Below are positions 38,323 through 38,493 of a DNA stretch of 38,493 nt, piece after piece. The notes below the pieces were generated by a model. It had not been told where the DNA came from. It was given only the letters and a program-made list of their open reading frames with translations, and ran no database searches. Position numbers and translations under genes: made by a program. The DNA is taken from positions 1 through 38,493 of the forward strand of contig CAUZCF010000002.1 in the NCBI GenBank assembly GCA_963578425.1. The letters are read 5' to 3'. Source of the stretch: Gammaproteobacteria bacterium. Lineage in GTDB: Bacteria; Pseudomonadota; Gammaproteobacteria; Steroidobacterales; UBA11654. Numbering within the stretch: position 1 is the stretch's first letter; each line of letters begins with the position of its first letter.

Positions 38323-38493
38323 TATCTTATTATTAAATTCATTTCTTTGAGTATTAGCTGGTTGATTCTTATCATATATTTATCGATTTCATCATCTTTT
38401 AGGGTGCGTGATTTTGATTGAAAAATCAAGCCTAGTGCAACACTTTTTTTATCCGAAGATATTTTATCATCCATGTACACATCAAAAATAATT
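38322..38493 (-). CDS. pheT: Phenylalanine--tRNA ligase beta subunit, C-terminal fragment (gene enters from the right edge)
   Basis: The reverse complement reads ...[56 protein letters not shown], matching the FDVY...KS.A..L.FQ...RTL.D.EI C-terminal (FDX-ACB) domain of PheT. Its stop overlaps the ihfA ATG (TAATG). Not in the ORF track because there is no start in the window. Confidence 0.85.
   Translation of the reverse strand, partial: IIFDVYMDDKISSDKKSVALGLIFQSKSRTLKDDEIDKYMIRINQLILKEMNLIIR

Overview
Visibly AT-rich, tightly packed chromosomal segment. The synteny is gammaproteobacterial (pheT-ihfA-merR-tRNA-Pro at the right edge; Vibrio-type six-gene TonB2 cluster), consistent with a streamlined marine gammaproteobacterium. 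Left to right, the window contains five blocks. (1) Small-molecule uptake, redox and catabolism: Prx5-type peroxiredoxin fragment, TRAP dctQM, aldehyde dehydrogenase, SDR, AhpD/CMD-like protein, MscS, then hyuA-hyuB preceded by an HMG-CoA-lyase-like gene, a divergent VOC-fold protein, a TonB-dependent receptor and a TauE/SafE permease. (2) A ttpB-ttpC-exbB-exbD-tonB-TPR(ttpD) energizer cluster. (3) A 13.7 kb co-directional amino-acid biosynthesis array: ilvC-leuA-ilvE-leuC-leuD-leuB, followed directly by a TrpR-like YerC/YecD gene and hisG-D-C-B-H-A-F-E. (4) An FAD-linked oxidase and an AI-2E permease. (5) An orphan HTH protein, tRNA-Pro(GGG), a MerR regulator, ihfA and the 3' end of pheT. I found no transposase, integrase, CRISPR array, phage or recognisable defence genes, and nothing I can honestly call a wholly new multi-gene system. 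The most interesting signals are regulatory or annotational. (a) A Leu/Ile-rich 30-codon leader ORF with a textbook 1:2/2:3/3:4 attenuator upstream of ilvC. (b) The his operon has no His-codon leader; instead it is headed by a translationally coupled HisR-like TrpR-fold gene, with a perfect 8-4-8 palindrome overlapping a consensus -10. (c) hisF can only encode its catalytic N-terminus if it starts at a non-canonical ATT codon that has a perfect Shine-Dalgarno. (d) hisE is present but hisI is absent. (e) A hyuAB + HMGL-like + VOC cluster of unknown substrate lies next to a TonB-dependent receptor.
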